Of a DNA stretch of 64,000 nt, positions 55,713 to 64,000 are shown in pieces. Under the pieces are notes generated by a model. That model was given only the letters and a program-made list of their open reading frames with translations. It was not told where the DNA came from and made no database searches. Positions within the stretch are counted from its first letter, which is position 1; every line of letters begins with the position of its first letter. Source of the DNA: Octopus sinensis (Eukaryota); the NCBI RefSeq assembly GCF_006345805.1, contig NC_043012.1, forward strand, positions 26,040,001 through 26,104,000. Reading direction: 5' to 3'. A program made the translations under genes and the position numbers.

Positions 55713-56964
55713 GTACCCGTTGGTACGGTAACCATTTGAATTTCACATTACCACAACAGTGTTCGTTAAGTACACTACATCGTACTAGCCGATCTAAAAC
55801 TCAGTGTTGCGCTCTGGCTATTTGCTACTCATCTGATATAACACTCCATTCTCCAACGCGGCGCTAATAATCAAAAATAATCGTATAGCCTTGTACCCTG
55901 CCACTTTTAATCCAGCATTCTGCTGCCGACTATGACATCTTCTAACCTATCACTGCATTAATGAGTCCGTTACTGAAACAGATCATTTACTCCAACCATC
56001 CACCCTACAACAACCAATGTTGTGATATGTCACTGGGTGATGTCCGTCGGTCGAAGGTAAGGATTCAGCTGTTTAACTAACTGATTTACCTGCTCTTGAA
56101 TTACAATATAAGTGACTGAGTACTCCACTGACCCTTGTAACCATAACGGAAATCTTAAGCAGAATGAACGCGACAATGTAGCACATGACTTCACCTTTTG
56201 AATTAAAGTTACAATGCAATCGATGAACTTCTATACAGTTTCCGCCAGCTCTATTTTACTCACAAGCCAAAGACTGCCCTAGAAAATAATATTCGCCCAA
56301 GATACCTCCTCGTGATATCGAACTCGTGGATCCTCGGTTGCCAAGCAAAATTCTTAGCCATTCACCTACGCAGCATGCTATTGACAAGATCACTACAACA
56401 CAACTGGTGATCTAACCCAGCCTCCACCATACCACAATCGGTGATCTGTCACTACGTAACACACCGTATTTATAATACCATATATAGCATACACTCTCTC
56501 TCCTCGTGTCTGTTTAAATAACATATCCTTTGATCGTGTGAAGTTTAATCGTTTGTCATTGAAAATTATTCAGTCACCGGGAGAGTAATTGAGAGCGTAT
56601 GAATTAATATTGAATAAATTTGCAACGACTATCAGCAAAACCTACTAATTCCAGCTTGAATGATACTCAAGTGGGAAGGACATCAGTAATGAATGAATTA
56701 AATTTGAACAATGATTAACGTTAGCTATTGTGTTAAATGAATACAATGGTTGCTTACATATAACTATTGTTATTGTTGTTGGCGTTGCTACTATTGTTAT
56801 TTATACACTAACTCTATGACCAAAGACATTTTAGCAGTGACCATGCTGTCATTTAATCAGGCATAATATATCTAGAAGTAAATTGTTTAATGTGCTTCTT
56901 TATTTTGTTTTGTTGTTGTTGCTTTTCTTCCCCCTTCTCTCTGTGACGGTAGGATGATATTTGA

Positions 56965-57199
56965 TGAAGGCGGCGAGCTGGCAGAACCGTTAGCACGCCA
57001 GGCGAAGTGCGTAGCCGTATTTCGTCTGCCGTTACGTTCTGAGTTCAAATTCCGCCGAGGTCGACTTTGCCTTTCATCCTTTCGGGGTCGATAAATTAAG
57101 TACCAGTTACGCACTGGGGTCGATGTAATCGACTTAATCCGTTTCTCTGTCATTGTTTGTCCCCTCTGTGTTTAGCCCCTTGTGGGTTTTAAAGAAATG
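56965..57199 (+). mobile_element. SINE family B, near consensus, with 17-bp TSD
   Basis: ggcggcgagctggcagaaccgttagc head with gagttcaaattcc B-box-like motif; ggtaggatgatatttga is duplicated at 56948-56964 and 57200-57216. Confidence 0.93.
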
Positions 57200-57294
57200 G
57201 GTAGGATGATATTTGAGGGAGTTTTCTTTGCGTTTCTTAATGAGAAAAATATGGATCAGTCACTTCACACGCAAAGGCTAAGAAGCTTTCATAC

Positions 57295-57356
<62 letters not shown>

Positions 57357-57510
57357 CAGTAGTAGAAGTGGTAGTAGTAGTAGTAGAGTAGTAGTAGTGT
57401 TCATGATGGTGATGATGATGACGATAATGATGATGCCTTTTAGCACCTTGTAAGTTCCGATCCCTCAGATTTATGATCAACAACTTCCCATTCGTTACCA
57501 TACCACTCCA

Positions 57511-57978
57511 TAGGCGTAGGAGTGGCTGTGTGGTAAGTAGCTTGCTTACCAACCACATGGTTCTGGGTTCAGTCCCACTGCGTTGCAACTTCGGCGAGTG
57601 TCTTCTACTATGGCCTCGGGCCGACCAAAGACTTGTGAGTGGATTTGGTAGACGGAAACTAAAACAAGCCCGTCGTATATATGTATATATATATAAATAG
57701 ATGAGTGTATTTTTACCTTGTTAACAATTAACACGGAAAAATAAATAAATAGTTACCAGGGCAGTTACATATATATATGTGTGTGTGTGTGTGTCTGTGT
57801 TTGTCCACCCAACATCGCTTGATAACCGATGCTGGTGTGTTTGCGTCATCGTAACTTAGCTAGAATTAATACTAAGCTTACAAAGAATAAGTCCTGGGGT
57901 CGTATTTGCTCGACTAAAGGCGGTGCTCCAGCATGGTCGCAGTCAAATGACTGAAACAAGTAAAAGAGTAAAAAAGAA
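57511..57978 (+). mobile_element. SINE family A with ~75 bp insert inside its microsatellite
   Basis: Full module order; extra aaatagatgagtg...ccagggcagttac block within the (TA)n. Confidence 0.88.
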
Positions 57979-58379
57979 TACCGTTCATTTTTATACTCAC
58001 ATTCTAACATGAAGTATCGTATTATTCTAGCACATAATTGTTTGTATTGTTGTTGTTGTTGTTGTTAGTGGTGGTGGTAGTAGTGTGGATGGTGGTGTTG
58101 TTAATGGTGGCGGTGATGGTGATGGCAGTGGTAGTATTGTTCTATAAAAAGTCAAGCTATAACCACAGGTGCTTTAGCAGTGATAATTCCGTCGTTTAAT
58201 CAGGTACTGTAGCATCTCGAGTTAAATAACCTAATGTATGTGTATGTGTGTGTGTGTTGGGGGGAGTGTTTCTGATTTTTCTTATTGTTATGGTAACATG
58301 GTATTTTTTGAGGGACATTTGACTAATTTTCCTCAAGAAATCGGTCGATTCTCCCTCAAAAAAGTTTCCGTAATTACAG

Positions 58380-58912
58380 TTTTCTTCTTCTTCTTTTCCT
58401 TCTTCTTCTTCTTCTTCTTCTTCTTCTTCTTCCAGTCAGGACTCACGCCATTAGCCACAAAGAATAATCTCTAATTCGAGCCTACTCTAAGCTACTAAGA
58501 ATGCGTGCGGCAACTTGAAGACCCACCCACCACACGCGATAGATTGGCGGTTGCACGCGCGTGAAAGCTACGTTGCTATCCTCATTCCGTAAACGGTGGC
58601 TTTTAACGCGTGGAGGGCTGAACCATCCTGGGGTACAGAGGATTCGCAATCTGGACTAGGGTCTGAAAGTTTTACCACACCATAGTGGGTTACACCATGG
58701 TTCCTCTTCTTTGTGGTAGAAGTTGGAAGAAAGAGTGAGAGAAAGTTGTGGTGAAAGAGTACAGCGGGGTTCACCACCAACCTTCGCCAGAGCTTCGTGT
58801 AGTTTAGGTGTTTTTGCTCAATAAACACTCACAATGCCCGGTTTGGGAATCGAAATCGCGTTCTTACGTTCGCGAGTCTGCTGCCCTGACGACTGGGCCA
58901 TTGCGCCTCCAC
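58380..58912 (-). mobile_element. tRNA-derived SINE, head H1 plus body B1 plus tail T2 ending in (GAA)n
   Basis: 58725-58912 matches 27415-27599; the remainder is unrelated to tail T1 and ends in (TTC)n on the + strand. Confidence 0.85.
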
Positions 58913-59269
58913 AGATGTTGCTGTCGTCGACGTTGTTGTTGTCGCTGCTTATCGCTGACCTCAAGCCTGATCAAGTGGATATGTGACCAGCAACATTCCA
59001 TCCGTGACCATCCTATCGTTTATTCATACATATTCTATCTAGGGGTGCATTGTCCTATGTTTTCTATTTATTTAATGGCAGAGAATGATTTAAGCAAGAT
59101 TTCTCTGCTATTTCCTGCCGATCTAGCCAGCGTCTATAGGCTTCCTCAGTCTATCTACTTAAAATGACAGAGAACATTCTTTACTTACATATTTTTTTAA
59201 CTTACCTTGTGTTGTTTGGTGTTTGTATTTTCACTTCAGCTTGTACAGTTTGTTTTTTTTTACCTTACC

Positions 59270-59830
59270 ACGCTACCGAAGAAACAAAACCAAGAAACGT
59301 CATATAATCCTATCTGATGTTCAACATAAGAACAGAGAAAACTATGGGTTTTTTGTACTAATTGCAAAGCACTTTTCAGTCGACCGTTGATGTGATGAGC
59401 TTTTCAACATGGACAATACAAAAGTTAGTTACAGTTACAAAAACACGCTAGAAACATATCACACAATTTCTAAGCACGTCATATAACTAGAACCGATGAC
59501 AGTCCCAATTATAAAGGATGGCATCGCTGTTATATAAATGAAAATTAACTTAAAATATTAAATCTAAAAGCAATCGGTCTTGCAATGGGGATTAATTGGA
59601 AAAGATGTGACAAAAGTCAGAAGATGGATACTGCGAATTGCTTAATTTGCTATTTAATCCTTGACTTGAGCGGCGTCAGTATTGAAGCAGTTAGTAAGGA
59701 TGTACGTAATGTATTATAACAACATAGAATAGCAACCTAAAATCTGTCTTACTCTAGGGATAGTAGAAAACCTTGGATCATGAAGTTTTAGAAACAATAA
59801 ACTGGATATTATATGGGACGGTCAGAAATG
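59270..59830 (+). mobile_element. Penelope-like element ORF remnant (post-RT / GIY-YIG region), very decayed
   Basis: Frameshifted PRNVI, FFVLIAKHF and LFNMDNTKVSYSY resemble the PLE motifs RNIIWFNPP / FLNLIDKHF / IFNRNTVKVSYSC. Confidence 0.5.
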
Positions 59831-60364
59831 GAACGCTGCTGAGCAAACAATACCGAATTCAACGAAATCGTATCATCCGTTGCACTTCAAAGCCACACCT
59901 TCCTTACGCTGCCATTTTAGTTTTACAATAGCTTACCACTATTTTTAGCAGACCTTTCCTCACATTTACCATAATGCATCTACCCTCTCTTGTTTTAGTC
60001 TACGCTATCCTACTATAATCCTTTCATGAAACCACTAACCTACATGAATTGTTAGAGAGGAAGCATCAATACTTCAATGTCAGTCAAAGAGGTTGCTGTT
60101 GTTGTGCTTGTGGTGGTGGCGGTGGCGGTGGTCGTTTACGATCTAATTTCAATTCTCGCAACGGTCGATCTGATCTTCCATTTTCCCAGTGTCGATAAAA
60201 TATGTCGGCCAATCACTGTGTCTTTTAAATCGACTCTCTCCATCTTCCAACTAAAATTCTTATTTTGTGCCCATGCAAAAATCAAAAAAAGGGCCACTCG
60301 ATATAAAATCATCTCTTACTCAACGGACCACTAATCAAAGATATTCATGATTTCACATCTTATC

Positions 60365-60395
<31 letters not shown>

Positions 60396-60396
60396 T

Positions 60397-60457
<61 letters not shown>

Positions 60458-60479
60458 TAAATAAATTTTAGAAGTGTTA

Positions 60480-61376
60480 AATGTAGTTGGTATTTCGAAC
60501 GCAGTAAATTTTAAGTAGACCAAAGATAGGAAATTTGGGTATTTAACCCTTATAAGACGGGAAAATGTTGCCAAGAGGCGGCTACAGGATTTGATCCCGT
60601 ACCGTTTTAGTGCTGTAACGATTCAGCTAAACGGCATCCAGACAACAACTAGCACTAAATTTGATGCTAAATTATATCTCTCAAATGCGACAACATTTTA
60701 GAAAGAAAATTTGGAAGCGTCGAATGCGGTTGGTTTTTTACAGACAAGGAAATAAATTTCGAATTGCAGTATAGCCGTAAGAAGAGCAGAGAGTGATTGG
60801 GCCGTTAGCATCGCTTTCATATTATCATTTTTTTCATTTTAATATTCATTTACTCATAAATTTAATTATTTTGTTCTATGTCCCCCATGTTTTGTTATGT
60901 CCCCTCTTCGTCGCCCCTAGTGGGTAATAAAGAAATAAGAGCAGAGAGTGATTGGGTATTTTACGCCTATAAGACAGCCCAAAAAAAAACTCCAGAATGT
61001 GGATAAGGGACTAGAACCTGAACCCCTCAGATTCTTGATGAATACTCAGATCATTAAGCTAAACGAGCCACTGACAACCATTACTATCAAATTTAATGTA
61101 TTATAGCTTTCGAATGCAATACCATTTTTCAGGCCTACAAGGGTAAACTGCCCAATCATTCTCTGCTCTCTTTACAGCTTTACTGCGTTCAAAATTTACT
61201 TGTCTGCAAAATGCCAATCATATACGACGCTTCCAAAGTTTCTTTATAAAGTGTTGTCGCGTTCAAGAGCTATAATTTAGTATTATATTCGGTGGTAGTT
61301 ATTGTCTGGGTGCCGTTTATCTGAATGGTTACAGCACTAATCCAGTACGGTACGGGTTCGAGTCTTGTAGCCTGCC
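60480..61376. repeat. three-unit tRNA-like repeat with inverted arm pair
   Basis: 60576-60801 is a diverged reverse complement of 61151-61376; a middle unit carries a different tRNA-like segment. Confidence 0.75.
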
Positions 61377-61964
61377 AACTTGTTTTCCGTCACACACACA
61401 TTCACTCACTCACATACACACATATATATATATGCGCATGAGATAAATGTCATGTTCTCCTGTATAGGAGTAACAATTATAACAGACTGGATGGGCATAT
61501 GTAGAAGGTCTTTCAATATACGTCTGCTCACTCAGAGCCGACACAATACCAAACAGCAACAATATGACCCTGATTACTTAACTAAATACATATGAAAATA
61601 TTTAAAACTGAAATAAGCGAATCAGTTATTTATATAATATTTAATTAATTCTATTTCTCGCAGCATATGTCAGTACATACCAATCCTGGTTTTAACATAG
61701 TAGAGTGATCTCAGTGTCCAGTTTAGATTAGGTAAACACGAACTGGTGTCTCCTTTTAGACAGTAGACACAGAGAAATTAATCAAAGCCAGCGTTCTTCT
61801 ATTAATACATACAAATCTAATAAACTTACACTTGGTGACTTAAATATTTAAAGTTATACGAAATATCTTTGAGGAGTAATATCTCGGTTTATTAGAGGTT
61901 AGTAAATTCTGTAACTCATTATGAATTTTCTCCGAAACGTTCAGAATGAACGTGATTATTGCAC

Positions 61965-62108
61965 GTGTGTGTGTGCGTGTGTGTGTGTGTGCGTGTGTGT
62001 GTGTGTGTGTGCGTGTGCGTGCGTGTGTGGGTGTGTGTTTGTGTGTGTGTGTTTGTGTGTGTGTTTGTGTGTGTGTGTTTTTGTGTGTGTGTGTGTGTGT
62101 GTGTGTGC
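61965..62108. repeat. (GT)n microsatellite
   Basis: Direct repeat. Confidence 0.95.
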
Positions 62109-64000
62109 CAGATCTTTAACGTGGTTCGAAGGATGGTATGTACTCGCTGTGTTCGAAAACAACACATTTGATTATCACAGTGATTTCATCACTTTAAGTT
62201 ATATAGAATATTTCTTTGAGGGGAAATATCTTGGTTTATCAGAAGTCAGGAATTACGGTAACTCATTACAGATTTTCTACGGAGTCCTCGTAACGTACCT
62301 CTAGATATTCGTATCTACTTGCTGTGTTAAAAGACAATATATTTAATTATCATGGTGACTTCACCATTTAAAGTTACTAGAATAACTTTGAGAAATATCT
62401 TGGTATACTAGAAGTTAGTAATTTTGTAACTCATTGTGAATTTTCTGTAAGAATTCAGAACATTCAAGTGGCTGGTGTGACTACCAGATTAATAAACTAT
62501 TTCTAGATGCTGGTGTCTACTCCTCACTGGTACTCCAAAGTTACTTTTCAAGAAATTATTTATAATTATCAAAGACCTATTCTATCAAACCACATAATTC
62601 CCTTCTCTGCAACAACGATAAATGATATTTCAAAATTCTATTGGTTGACTTGCAATGGAGAATTCAACTCCAGCTTTGAATATATAATTTAAGAGAAAGC
62701 TTTCTACTACTCTCCATCCGAACTCAACATGTAGGAAAACGCCACCGAGTACCTTCCTTGGAAGGCGGTAAAATGCTTGCCATGGAAGTTTTCAAATGAG
62801 ACATAAAGATGGAAACCTGTTGCGTTTATTCGAGTATTTTTCACGAGACAATTTTATCTGTTGAATAATATAGAAATAATTATACCTGCATAATTTTATT
62901 GAAAAAATTCAACAAACATGGAGCTCTGGGATGGAACCGTTGTTTATTACTAATAAAATGGAATCTAAGGTAAGGTGGTCGAGTGCCAAAATGTTCGACC
63001 AGTATTATTTGTTCCTCTTATTTACCGATCTTGGTTCAAATCTGGCTGAAATCAAGTTTAGCATTCATCATTCTGGGACGATAAAGTAACGTGTATCAGT
63101 TAGGTATTCTTTCTCAAATTCTTAATTTCGTGAAAATGTAAAACAGAATTATCATAAGAACGAGAAGAGAAGTAATAATAACATAGAAGGATATTCTACT
63201 GTAGGCACAAGGCCTGAAATTTGAGATCGCGGACAGACTACTATATCGACCTCAGTACTTCATTGTACTTATTTTATCGATCCTCAAAAGATGAAAGGCT
63301 TAGTCGAGCTTGATGAGTTTCAACTCAAACTGTAAATCTGGAAGAAGTGCTGTTTAATCAATTTTCTTCATACATTAACGATTCTGCCAGCTCATTGCTT
63401 TACAATCTAGAACAACCCTTTCTTCTAAATGCATAGCGCTTGACTGATACATTTTTATCGACCCCGAACGGATAGACGCAAATTCGGACTTAGAGTTCTA
63501 ATTGAATTTAGAGTTCTAAAGACGAACTAAACGCCGCTATGCATTTTCTCCGGTCTACTTATAAATCTGACAGCCCAGCGCCTTCTTAAAAATCTGACAT
63601 AACAATGAACATAAACTATCCCCCTACAAAGTTAGTTACTCTACATTTAAGAAGATGGTAGAATTTGGCAGAAGGGATTTTAATTAGTTTGGAATCTGGA
63701 GAAAATTAATATGAAGAAAATAATAATTTCAATAAAGCACTTTTTAAGACATTCCAACAATCCTGCTCAACAATATTGCTCAAAATAATAATTTTGAGCA
63801 ATATGAACAGCTATAATAATACAACCGTCAAGCGAAATAACAAATCACACCTCGGTCTTTTGAACAGCAAGAAATAGGCACCACTTTCACTCAGGAGACA
63901 ACTCAAACATGTCATTACAGAGAAAATGGCAGGGCATTTACAGTTGGAATGCAGCTGATCGTGTCTGACGTGGAGCTAAACAATAGGAACAGCAACGAAC

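Overview
AT-rich, repeat-saturated eukaryotic DNA with no recognisable intact protein-coding gene, rRNA, true tRNA or CRISPR array. It reads as a large intron or intergenic stretch. The SINE families and microsatellite load look like a coleoid cephalopod, most likely Octopus (inference from pattern recognition, not a database search). Nearly all ORFs in the supplied track are translations of microsatellites. Supportable features: (i) several tRNA-headed SINE families that share modules; (ii) a decayed mariner split by a ~2.1 kb Chapaev3-like transposon with CAC termini and a TAA target-site duplication (TSD); (iii) other Tc1/mariner remnants and a Tigger-like MITE; (iv) a ~3 kb (AAT)n tract holding several independent R4/Dong-like retrotransposon 3' ends; (v) RTE-like and Penelope-like remnants, one with a near-canonical minimal hammerhead ribozyme motif; (vi) a three-unit tRNA-like repeat with a long inverted arm pair; (vii) a 100-N assembly gap. 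A few small exon-like segments on the + strand are reported as low-confidence hypotheses. Coordinates were counted by hand, and boundaries of degenerate elements are approximate.
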